IMG/VR virus record: IMGVR_UViG_3300037418_002116
Strand: one strand, 5' to 3'
Source: a virus
Lineage: Duplodnaviria > Caudoviricetes
DNA: 64,000 nt
Under the pieces are notes generated by a model. The model had not been told where the DNA came from. It worked only from the letters and a program-made list of their open reading frames with translations, and ran no database searches. Positions 35,860-43,801 of the stretch are shown here, in pieces. Made by a program: the position numbers and the translations under genes. The number at the start of each line of letters is the position of its first letter. Position 1 is the first letter of the stretch.

Positions 35860-35886
35860 TACCGGATGGCCGTCCGGATGGAAATT

Positions 35887-35954
35887 TGGTGGGAAAGCTG
35901 ATTCGATACAGCATTTTCGGCTCAAGCGCCGACGTTCTACCTAAACTATTTCCC
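35887..35954 (-). tRNA. Non-canonical tRNA-like gene (68 nt, anticodon unassignable)
   Basis: GGGAAA/TTTCCC+ACCA; short D-arm; TCGGC-GCTTGA-GCCGA; T-arm GCTG-TATCGAAT-CAGC. Confidence 0.65.
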
Positions 35955-36000
35955 AATGGTGTGGGGAGTGACCCCACGTTCGCCGTTCGGCGCAGACTTT

Positions 36001-36077
36001 TGGTGCCGGATGAGGGATTCGAACTCTCGACCTTCGCTTTACAAGAGCGCTGCTCTGGCCAACTGAGCTAATCCGGC
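36001..36077 (-). tRNA. tRNA-Thr(TGT)
   Basis: Cloverleaf; loop CTTGTAA; CCA; TATAAATA late promoter at ~36088-36095. Confidence 0.92.
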
Positions 36078-36131
36078 GTTAGTGGATTTATTTATACATT
36101 GAACTTTGTATATTGTCAATAGAAAAAAGAA

Positions 36132-36161
36132 AAAGGCCGAACTTTTTACGGTTCGGCCTTT
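36132..36161 (-). terminator. Intrinsic terminator
   Basis: AAAGGCCGAAC/GTTCGGCCTTT stem with U-run on minus strand. Confidence 0.8.
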
Positions 36162-36181
36162 CTGTTCAAGGGAAAAGTATA

Positions 36182-36976
36182 TTACTTACCCTTGCCCTTC
36201 CCCCCGCCGTTACCATTGTCGCTGCCGCCACCGGGAGTGCCATTGCCATTCCCTTGACCGCCGCCAGAGTTGCCCTGACCAGAATGGCCCGAGTTTTCGC
36301 CGTTGTTGTGATCACCAGAGTTTCCGGGCGCACTCTGATCGCCGTTGCCGTGACCATTGTTCTCACCGGAACCACCGGAACCACCGCCGCCATTGCCGCC
36401 ATTGCCGTTGTCGCCGGGGCCATTTCCACCACCTTCATTACCGGTGCCGTTGCCGCCACCGTTGCCGCCACCGTTGCCGCAATTGCCGCCGCAATGGTTG
36501 CCGCCGTTGTCGCCACCACCGGAACCGCCAGAACCGCCGTCACCACCAGTTCCACCAGTTCCACCGCCGTTGTCGCCACCACCAGTTCCGCCAGTTCCGC
36601 CAGTTCCACCGGAACCGCCGTCACCACCAGAGCCGCCACCAGTGTTTCCACCACCAGAACCGGGATCACCGCCACCAGTGTTTCCACCACCAGAACCGGG
36701 ATCACCGCCACCAGTGTTTCCACCACCGCCAGTGTTTCCGCCGCCGTTGTCGCCTCCACCGGTTCCACCGGTTCCACCACCGGGATTCCCGCCACCGCCC
36801 GAGCGATGCGAGACGCCGTGCGCATTATTTGCGCCACACTGATTCCAGACCGTGTTGTCGGAATTGTACTCACAGTGTCGGAATGGAGACGCATGAGCGC
36901 CGCCGACCGAAAACATGGCGATCACGAATGCAGAAGCAGTTAGTGCAAGATTAAGATTTTTCATTAAGCCCACCAC
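36182..36976 (-). CDS. Secreted glycine/asparagine-rich protein
   Basis: Signal peptide MKNLNLALTASAFVIAMFSVGGAHA; GGN/GGT repeats; two Cys pairs. Confidence 0.8.
   Translation of the reverse strand: MVGLMKNLNLALTASAFVIAMFSVGGAHASPFRHCEYNSDNTVWNQCGANNAHGVSHRSGGGGNPGGGTGGTGGGDNGGGNTGGGGNTGGGDPGSGGGNTGGGDPGSGGGNTGGGSGGDGGSGGTGGTGGTGGGDNGGGTGGTGGDGGSGGSGGGDNGGNHCGGNCGNGGGNGGGNGTGNEGGGNGPGDNGNGGNGGGGSGGSGENNGHGNGDQSAPGNSGDHNNGENSGHSGQGNSGGGQGNGNGTPGGGSDNGNGGGKGKGK
36635..36727. repeat. 36-bp tandem repeat (about 2.5 copies) in Gly-rich gene
   Basis: GCCACCAGTGTTTCCACCACCAGAACCGGGATCACC repeated. Confidence 0.85.
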
Positions 36977-37078
36977 CTAAGTTTGAGTTACTTACAAAAC
37001 CACAAATAATACGATTCTGTAGAAAGTCAATAGCGGCTGGTCTGAAAATCTTCACTTATTAGCGATGGTTAACGGAAC

Positions 37079-37368
37079 CTACCATAGGTCATAGTTGGTA
37101 AGGTCGAATTGCTCACCCGACGAATGCCGAACTACATACGCAACACCGATAGACGTTGGCGTCATGCAGTAGGTAAACTCGCCACCGATTGCGCCAAGCT
37201 TTTCGAGCGGGAGACTTACTCGCTCTTTCCATTCCTTGAATTTTTCAAGCGTGTCTTTATCGACCGAGATTTCGTGCCCACAGAAATCCATCGGGGTTTC
37301 ATTTTCTTTGGCTTTCTGGACACGTTCAGCGATTTTTGACCAATCGATTCGGAAGGTTTCGGATGACA
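37079..37368 (-). CDS. Hypothetical protein
   Basis: Start at MSSETF after AAGGA RBS. Confidence 0.6.
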
Positions 37369-37566
37369 TGTTGATTCCTTGTAGTCTTTTGAGTTTAGAT
37401 AGCGCTGATAGTAGGTTTCCATCAGGCTTTGTTCGTTCGGTTTGATAATTGAAGAAGCGGTTTTCTTTATTTTTGGAAGTTTCCAACCGGCTTTGGTCTG
37501 CAAAATAATTGCAGCGAGTAAGAAAAACAAAATCGGAGTGAATGCTACCAGTACTAATACTTCCAA
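37216..37566 (-). CDS. Membrane-anchored hypothetical protein
   Basis: N-terminal TM; GGAGG RBS inside a hairpin. Confidence 0.5.
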   Translation of the reverse strand: MEVLVLVAFTPILFFLLAAIILQTKAGWKLPKIKKTASSIIKPNEQSLMETYYQRYLNSKDYKESTCHPKPSESIGQKSLNVSRKPKKMKPRWISVGTKSRSIKTRLKNSRNGKSE

Positions 37567-37570
37567 TAAA

Positions 37571-37610
37571 AAAGCCTCCGGAACTTCTTTATTTAGTTCC
37601 TAGAGGCTTT
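37571..37610 (-). promoter_or_regulatory. Terminator/late-promoter hairpin sequestering an RBS
   Basis: AAAGCCTC..GGAACT / AGTTCC..GAGGCTTT; CTAAATA at the stem-loop junction; GGAGG in 3' arm; U-run follows. Confidence 0.65.
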
Positions 37611-37613
37611 GAT

Positions 37614-37688
37614 TGGAGCGGGAAACGGGATTCGAACCCGTACTTTTACCATGGCAAGGTAATGTGCTACCGTTAACACCATACACGC
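37614..37688 (-). tRNA. tRNA-Gly(GCC) with mismatched acceptor stem
   Basis: TTACC-TTGCCAT-GGTAA; two acceptor mismatches; CCA. Confidence 0.8.
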
Positions 37689-37695
37689 ATTAGTT

Positions 37696-37771
37696 TGGAG
37701 CGGGTAGCCGGACATCGAACCGGTCATCTTCTGCTTGGAAGGCAGTGGCTCTACCTTTGAGCTATACCCGC
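37696..37771 (-). tRNA. tRNA-Gly(TCC)
   Basis: Loop CTTCCAA; GCGGGTA/TACCCGC; CCA; T-loop has an extra base. Confidence 0.88.
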
Positions 37772-37801
37772 AATCTACAAAACTATTTATACAAACTTTA
37801 T

Positions 37802-37953
37802 AAGAAACTGGCTGTTTTGGAGCAAACTGTTTTTCCGGGCACTTTCCCGTCCCGGCAGTCTCACATTTAACCCCTTTCTCATACTCACCGAAGTAGCCAC
37901 GTGGGTCTAGTTCGTCGGCACTCTACCGTAAAGGAGTGGGGCACCAATTTCTT
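37802..37953 (-). ncRNA. Unrecognised structured ncRNA, copy 1 (152 nt)
   Basis: Shares core blocks with 60861-60975; terminal stem AAGAAATTGG/CCAGTTTCTT; C(UUCG)G tetraloop; own promoter. Confidence 0.8.
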
Positions 37954-37959
37954 ATTCTC

Positions 37960-37988
37960 TATATAGTCGATAGTTCAGAGAAAGTCAA
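37960..37988 (-). promoter_or_regulatory. Promoter of ncRNA copy 1
   Basis: CTTGAC-N17-CTATAT; predicted start coincides with the RNA 5' stem. Confidence 0.85.
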
Positions 37989-38122
37989 GACCTAAATGCT
38001 TGTCATGCGACCTTCGGTCAAACGACAGTATTCAACAGCTTCCTCGAAATCATCGAAATCGGTGTGGTGAATGTTGCCGTCCTCAAAGAAAATGACACGA
38101 AACATGATTCATTCCCCTTTGT

Positions 38123-38162
38123 TTCCTATTTCCATAATAGGAATTTTTCAGGGAAGGTCAAG
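38123..38162 (-). promoter_or_regulatory. Early promoter with -10 in an 8-bp inverted repeat
   Basis: CTTGAC-N17-TATTAT; TTCCTATT/AATAGGAA. Confidence 0.75.
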
Positions 38163-38354
38163 AACTATTTTATTGACCGGGCCAAACTAATGCATCCGCT
38201 CTTCCGGTAAACACCAGCCATGTGGCCCGGAGTCGATAGCGCCATGACGAATAACCAACTGAACGGGCCGGAACAAATCTACCGTCTGGTAAGCCTGCGA
38301 AGTTCGTTTTGGCATTGTTGACGACATCCACGACATTGACGATATTTGGGTCTT

Positions 38355-38705
38355 TCAAGATCGTATTCCTTTCACGATTGAAACGAAAATGAGTAAGAAT
38401 ATGACAATTCCAAGAACGATTGCCACGTCCAGCATCGTGTTTTGATGCTGTATGCGCATATATTCTTTGCAATAATTAGAACCATCATCGCAATGAGTCG
38501 AAACAACGCCGTTGTTGATATGCGGACGGACCATCACGAACAATGGCATTGAAGGCCGGGGAGATTCCTCAACGAATGTATGAGGAGTCGAAGGTTCTGA
38601 AAAATGCGGTGAAGGTGCCACATGTGGTTCCACAATATGCGGGCTGATATGCGGCACCGAAACATGGGGAGAGATATGTGGAGAGACGTGAACGGAAAAG
38701 CCCAT
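38355..38705 (-). CDS. His/Pro-repeat protein with C-terminal TM helix
   Basis: HVSPHISPHVSVPHISPH repeats; VAIVLGIVIFLLIFVSIV. Confidence 0.65.
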   Translation of the reverse strand: MGFSVHVSPHISPHVSVPHISPHIVEPHVAPSPHFSEPSTPHTFVEESPRPSMPLFVMVRPHINNGVVSTHCDDGSNYCKEYMRIQHQNTMLDVAIVLGIVIFLLIFVSIVKGIRS

Positions 38706-38891
38706 TTACCGCTTCTTCTGCCTGAATTCTTCGGCTTCTTCACGGGTATCGAAAACGGCAATAACTTGCCACTTCAAATCCGTTTCCTTGCCTTCGGTTA
38801 CTGTTGTCAGATTCCACACATTAAAGCGGCCATCGTGACGGGGTGCAACATCGGACGGTAGATTGTCCGTAAACCAATTATTTGTTGTCAT
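38706..38891 (-). CDS. Hypothetical protein
   Basis: ATGA overlap. Confidence 0.65.
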   Translation of the reverse strand: MTTNNWFTDNLPSDVAPRHDGRFNVWNLTTVTEGKETDLKWQVIAVFDTREEAEEFRQKKR

Positions 38892-40078
38892 TGATATTCT
38901 GTAGTCTCGCCTTTACGGTTTAGATAATCATCGGATACGTATTTCAAAATGATACGACCTAATTCGTCATCATAGCATTCTTCTGCGGGAATTGCAACCA
39001 CTCCCTCACGAATATTCGAAAGAAACATGGATTTTCCATCAACATATTGAGCGATATCAGCTTCATTGTTCACGATATCCAAAAGAGGAACAGTTGGAAT
39101 TCCAATAGCATTCAAAAGATCATATTTTTCAATGGCATCGATGTAACGATCACCGATTTTGATATCAAAGCCACGGAATTCTGGCTTCTCCAATCCATAA
39201 TGCAAATCCTGAATACCCTTGCCGAAAATTTCGCCAAGAATGAATATTTTTTGGTCGCTTGCATTCAATTCCCAAACCAATCGGGTTAGTTTGGTGAAAA
39301 GAGAATTTGCTATAACTGTTTGAACGTAAATGTTGTTTTTATTTGCCAAATTGTTTTTGAAAACCAGTCCCTTGCTACCAAGGCCCTTTGAGAACACAAC
39401 AAATGAACCTTTGACAGCATTGAACAATTCATCATGCTGATATTGCGGAAGCCAGCCGATGCCACAAAATGTGCCGTGCAGCTTTTCCGTGAGATAAATT
39501 TTCTTGCCCGTTAGGTCCAGCTTGCCGGGATGTTTTTTGGCATTCTCGATATCGTACTGAACCGTGTTGTGGTTACCGATGTACAGAAGATCGCCAGACA
39601 TGGAAGCTGGCAACTCGGGTTCATATTTCGTTATTCCGAGAATTTCGGAAACATCACGGCCTAATGGTGACGGAGCGTCAACAGCGTCCAAATACAGAAC
39701 AACTTTCCCATCGCTGGTTTCAATCCAGCCTTCATCGACATGCAAACTGTTCGCTTGTTTGACGGGGAACAAGATGCCTTCCGACGTGATGCCACGCAAC
39801 TTGATTGGCTTTACCCGGTTTCCGAGCTTGCCGGACAAGTAGCCAATGCCCTTCTCTTCATTCCAAAATCCCATTCGCAACAGGTTTTCAGGGACAACAG
39901 AATCAGCCTGAACATAGACAACCCAATCGAATGGTTTGTAACGATGTGAGCCGTCATCAAGCTTTGCCGAAACAATCTTGTAGTCGTAGCCTTTGAGTTT
40001 GATGATACTTAGACGGTCTGCATTTGGATGGTCTGTTACGGCTTCAACAGCCATAATCTTAGTTTCAAATTTACTCAT
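38888..40078 (-). CDS. RNA ligase, DRB0094/Rnl5 type with N-terminal OB domain
   Basis: HPNADRL, LRGITSEG, TEKLHGT, GEIFGKGIQ, REGVV, LKYVSDDYL. Confidence 0.92.
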   Translation of the reverse strand: MSKFETKIMAVEAVTDHPNADRLSIIKLKGYDYKIVSAKLDDGSHRYKPFDWVVYVQADSVVPENLLRMGFWNEEKGIGYLSGKLGNRVKPIKLRGITSEGILFPVKQANSLHVDEGWIETSDGKVVLYLDAVDAPSPLGRDVSEILGITKYEPELPASMSGDLLYIGNHNTVQYDIENAKKHPGKLDLTGKKIYLTEKLHGTFCGIGWLPQYQHDELFNAVKGSFVVFSKGLGSKGLVFKNNLANKNNIYVQTVIANSLFTKLTRLVWELNASDQKIFILGEIFGKGIQDLHYGLEKPEFRGFDIKIGDRYIDAIEKYDLLNAIGIPTVPLLDIVNNEADIAQYVDGKSMFLSNIREGVVAIPAEECYDDELGRIILKYVSDDYLNRKGETTEYQ

Positions 40079-40308
40079 ATAATACGTTTTAGCTTTCTTT
40101 TACGTGTATCAATATCCATAGAGGCAAGACAATAGTTATACTCGGCAAGGTTTTTACGCCTTAGCCAATCCAATATCTGTTCTTTGGTTTTGATATGTGA
40201 TCCGTGAATAATAGGATCGAATTCAAGATTAGTATGATTTAGAACGAAACGAACTTCTTCTGGAAGACGATTGAACGTTCTGTGAATGTAATATATGCGA
40301 TTAGACAA
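40075..40308 (-). CDS. Hypothetical protein
   Basis: ORF in array. Confidence 0.55.
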   Translation of the reverse strand: MSNRIYYIHRTFNRLPEEVRFVLNHTNLEFDPIIHGSHIKTKEQILDWLRRKNLAEYNYCLASMDIDTRKRKLKRII

Positions 40309-40849
40309 CCTTTATGTCCAAAAAATCCTTAATACTGGCAACCACTTTTTCATTTAAAAGAATTTCGAAATGGTTAGATGGAATATCTATGTAATTCGCA
40401 CCGGAGATGGCTTTTTGGCTGGAAATCGGCACAACGCCGTCATTGGCCAGCACAAACCATGGATTATGGCCGGAAGTCGAAACATAAAATTGATGTGGCA
40501 CGGAAATTGTCTGGGTGAATTTGTTCACCCGACGTAGTTCAGAACCTATGGTCTTTGGAGGCCACCACGAGCCTATGCCGCCGAATGGTGAAGCCATCGT
40601 GGCGATCTTGTTTACCGGGAGCCCTTGGTTGGCCATGGCAACGCCTATGACGCCACCAAGGGAATGCCCGATGATATTCACCGGCCCGGAAATTTTCTTC
40701 TCTATGCGCCGACGAATTTCGCCGGTAATGGCCAGTAGATCGCCGTTTGCATCGTACTCAATAATTAATTCTGGCCCCCAATCGTTGGACACACGAAAAA
40801 AATTAAATGAGTCGGATGCGCTGTAAGCGCCGTGAAGCCATATCAGCAA
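40301..40849 (-). CDS. Alpha/beta hydrolase
   Basis: WLHG, GHSLGG nucleophile elbow, NDGVV, SNHFE. Confidence 0.85.
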   Translation of the reverse strand: MLIWLHGAYSASDSFNFFRVSNDWGPELIIEYDANGDLLAITGEIRRRIEKKISGPVNIIGHSLGGVIGVAMANQGLPVNKIATMASPFGGIGSWWPPKTIGSELRRVNKFTQTISVPHQFYVSTSGHNPWFVLANDGVVPISSQKAISGANYIDIPSNHFEILLNEKVVASIKDFLDIKVV

Positions 40850-40870
40850 ATCAAGATTCCTTAACCTTTT

Positions 40871-41929
40871 TTAGTATTTAGGTTTTGGAATCATTCCCTC
40901 GATAATGTGTTCCGCTTCGGCCTGCCGAATGTGATACTGTGAGGACATGATTTGCTCAAAATCCTTGCCCCATTCTTTCAACTTGTCACAAATTTTGTAG
41001 AAAAACTGGTATCGTTCGGAATCGCCATGCATCACCCGGAAACCATCCTGAAACCATGGAACAGAAGGCGCAAGCACAATGTATTTGTCGATCTTCTGAT
41101 TCTTGGCGAATTCATAGAATTCCGAATTGTCTTCTCCCTTAAACCAGATATCCGCATACATGGCGGTAATCAGCCCTTCGGTATCCGAGACGATGATTGG
41201 AAAATTTGCGTTTTCCTTCGTCTGGTCGATGAGAAATTGCTGAGTCCGCTGAATAATGCGGAAGTCTTCCCGGTCCAAAATATTCTTGCGATTCACGGAC
41301 AGGATTCGCCCGTATTCCGGCAACGTGTCATACTTTGCCGCCAGCTTGGAAATCATGGTGGATTTACCACAAGATTCCGGCCCGACAATCGCCACGGTCT
41401 TGACCAAATCGTGTTTGGTGTACTCGGGCAGCGTCTTGAACATGTTATAGAAGTCAGTGCGAACCTTAGTTCCTGAAATCGCCTTCATTTCACGGTCGGG
41501 ATCGACGGGAACCCACTTTGCGTCAAATTCCTTGGCGATGCGATCACCGTAAAGATCGGATGTGAAAACATGCGTGATCTTGTTACCGAACCGGAATGGC
41601 TTCGGAATGTCATTGATGATTTCCCGAGTGGAGGCAAGCCAAGCCTGCCAATAGGACTCGTCGGTAATTGTGCCGTCTTCATCCTTTTCGGCGTTCTTGT
41701 CCAATTCCGGTTGCGGATAGATTAGAACATCGCAAGAATCACTGACATTGTTCAACGCTTCACGAACCCAACTTTTCCGCTGTTCGAATGAGAACGGATC
41801 ATCCGGGGTTGTGCCGATAAGCACCAAAAGCTTGGAACAGTTGATGGCGGCGGTTCTAAGCAGAAGTTCATGCCCCTTATGCAGGGGCAGAAACTTTCCG
41901 AGTGTCAGTCCGATATTTTCAACGGCCAT
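40871..41929 (-). CDS. nadR: NadR-like NMN adenylyltransferase / nicotinamide riboside kinase
   Basis: GKFLPLHKGH, ISGTKVR, GPESCGKST, EYGR, SDTE; start at MAVENIG. Confidence 0.9.
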   Translation of the reverse strand: MAVENIGLTLGKFLPLHKGHELLLRTAAINCSKLLVLIGTTPDDPFSFEQRKSWVREALNNVSDSCDVLIYPQPELDKNAEKDEDGTITDESYWQAWLASTREIINDIPKPFRFGNKITHVFTSDLYGDRIAKEFDAKWVPVDPDREMKAISGTKVRTDFYNMFKTLPEYTKHDLVKTVAIVGPESCGKSTMISKLAAKYDTLPEYGRILSVNRKNILDREDFRIIQRTQQFLIDQTKENANFPIIVSDTEGLITAMYADIWFKGEDNSEFYEFAKNQKIDKYIVLAPSVPWFQDGFRVMHGDSERYQFFYKICDKLKEWGKDFEQIMSSQYHIRQAEAEHIIEGMIPKPKY

Positions 41930-42635
41930 AATGCACCGGCTGTAAAAGTTTTTTGTGGTCTGCATACCAGAGATACAGTCCGGCGAAAGCGTTCCCGAGG
42001 AACAGAAGGTATTGAGCGGCGACAAGGAAGGCACCGGTCGTGTAATAGACGTAAATGGACAGGCAGTTCACCGCAATCCAGAACGCCCATGATTCAGGCT
42101 TCTTCAAGTTCAAAAGGTACTGTGCGACGACCGAAAGAACCAAAATTCCAACGTCAAGATGTGCCGATGAAGCATCGAAGTACATGTTTACTTGGGCGAT
42201 CAAAACCCATGCCAATGCGCCCATTGCGAGAATCAGCATCCAATCTTTGATACCCATCACGGAAACTTCAAGTTCCGTCTTGTTCTCGCCACCATATTTC
42301 CAGTTATACCAACCGGCAAACTGGATAGGGAAGAAATATGCAAGCTGTAGTGTCATTGACGCATAGAGCTTGATATCGAAGAACAGAATCCCGAGAAAGA
42401 CCACGGCAATGATACCAATTGGCCAACATGCCATTTTCTGTCGAATCGTGAGATATACACACGAATAATTGGTCAGAACACCAAGGATTTCGACCTGTGA
42501 CGATAGGGTTGGATTGCTTGGGTCAGGAAGAAAGTTTCCGAACCCGGTTGTCCAACCGTAATGTAGACCGATGGCGTATGTAATGGCGGTCAGAATGATA
42601 CCGACTGCCAATCCCTCAAAAGTATCACGAATCAT
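41919..42635 (-). CDS. pnuC: PnuC nicotinamide riboside transporter
   Basis: Multi-TM; WPIGII, QFAGWYNW, ESWAFWIAVN; overlaps the nadR start. Confidence 0.92.
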   Translation of the reverse strand: MIRDTFEGLAVGIILTAITYAIGLHYGWTTGFGNFLPDPSNPTLSSQVEILGVLTNYSCVYLTIRQKMACWPIGIIAVVFLGILFFDIKLYASMTLQLAYFFPIQFAGWYNWKYGGENKTELEVSVMGIKDWMLILAMGALAWVLIAQVNMYFDASSAHLDVGILVLSVVAQYLLNLKKPESWAFWIAVNCLSIYVYYTTGAFLVAAQYLLFLGNAFAGLYLWYADHKKLLQPVHYGR

Positions 42636-43113
42636 CACCAAAAATTTCCTTTTGCAGACTGTTATCGCCTTTTGTGAAATCCCAATCATTCAAAAGATTG
42701 AGTTTGAAAGTTTGAAGATCGGATATCATCGATCTTTGCTTCTCAACTTCCAAAAGTAACCACTTCATTTGATCGATGAAATCATGACGAATAGGAAATG
42801 TCTTTTCCTGTCCATAATTTCCTTTTCCGGATTCTTCCGAAGTTCTTACATTTACCCGGAATTCGAAGCCAATACCCGGCGACATCGTAACCATGTCTTT
42901 CAACATGGAAATGTAGCCTTCAATCTGCTTGGTTTTGCCATCGATAATTCGATTGATGACTTTAAACGCTTGGCTTTTGATGATTTCACTATTTTCCATG
43001 ATCAAACTCCATATTTTCTTCAATATAATCATGGAGTTAGAGAAAGTCAAGGCTTTTTGATCTTTTTCTTTTGATATGCCCGAGATTGAATTTCTCTTTG
43101 GTTCGCTCTCCAT
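42625..43113 (-). CDS. Hypothetical protein (start probably internal)
   Basis: ORF in array. Confidence 0.55.
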   Translation of the reverse strand: MESEPKRNSISGISKEKDQKALTFSNSMIILKKIWSLIMENSEIIKSQAFKVINRIIDGKTKQIEGYISMLKDMVTMSPGIGFEFRVNVRTSEESGKGNYGQEKTFPIRHDFIDQMKWLLLEVEKQRSMISDLQTFKLNLLNDWDFTKGDNSLQKEIFGDDS

Positions 43114-43358
43114 TCATCATATGTTTGTGGAACCGGGTAGCGAACCCGCTTAGCTTTGTGAAACATACAGCGAATACGACCTTCTTCTGTATGAGGAAGG
43201 AAGTATGTCTTCCCTAATTGTTCGAACATATCACCAGCAATATGTTTCCCGTTCAAGTTCCACATCGCAAGTTTAGTATTTTTATTATACCGGATGATTC
43301 TTATGTCACCATTTGGTGTAATCATCGGTTTAGAAAGAATAGAACCGAATTGTGTCAA
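43047..43358 (-). CDS. Hypothetical basic protein
   Basis: ORF in array. Confidence 0.55.
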   Translation of the reverse strand: MTQFGSILSKPMITPNGDIRIIRYNKNTKLAMWNLNGKHIAGDMFEQLGKTYFLPHTEEGRIRCMFHKAKRVRYPVPQTYDEWRANQREIQSRAYQKKKIKKP

Positions 43359-43801
43359 GGAAAGAGTTTATATCCACTTGTTAGACTGGTCACATCGAAC
43401 TTGTTCTTGTCGCCAAAGACGAAACCACAAGCTACCAGAGGCACCAGATGTGTTATGTTTCCATCGCAAACCGGATAACCGGGATCGAGCGCCACACCAA
43501 AAACAACCGGGCGCTTGTCTTCCCAATTGAACAGATGCGAACCATTGGCATCCTTTATTTTGTCCAGAACAATGGTCGGGACTTCAAGCGTGATTGTCGT
43601 CCCAAAGCCACGGTCGCCCGCCCATGTCTTCCACAGTTCGGCAAGCTTGTCGCCTCGCTTGGTCCCTGCCAAACGACCATCTGTGATGACCGTCTGACAG
43701 ATGTTGGCAGCATGGCAAGCCTGTGCAGCGAGCTTCCCCGGATTCAGGGAAGCTAGATCATTTCTTGCGAGAATGTAGAGATATGGATTAGGCAAAGCCA
43801 T
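43355..43801 (-). CDS. Peptidyl-tRNA hydrolase 2 (PTH2)-like protein
   Basis: YILARNDL...PGKLAAQACHAA, GFGTTITL. Confidence 0.78.
   Translation of the reverse strand: MALPNPYLYILARNDLASLNPGKLAAQACHAANICQTVITDGRLAGTKRGDKLAELWKTWAGDRGFGTTITLEVPTIVLDKIKDANGSHLFNWEDKRPVVFGVALDPGYPVCDGNITHLVPLVACGFVFGDKNKFDVTSLTSGYKLFP

Noticed and set aside
36106-36954. Long plus-strand and alternate-frame ORFs over the Gly-rich gene (also 45948-46643)
   Set aside because: Shadow ORFs caused by low-complexity repeats lacking stop codons
37216-37368. About 150-nt overlap between two minus-strand ORFs as a programmed frameshift
   Set aside because: No slippery heptamer noted and the downstream ORF has its own RBS; more likely a C-terminal run-on
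37802-37953. HDV-like (theta), twister or pistol ribozyme assignment for the duplicated RNA
   Set aside because: Only short superficial matches (CTCC loop, GGTCCCAA, TTAAAT); the required P1/pseudoknot pairings could not be built by eye
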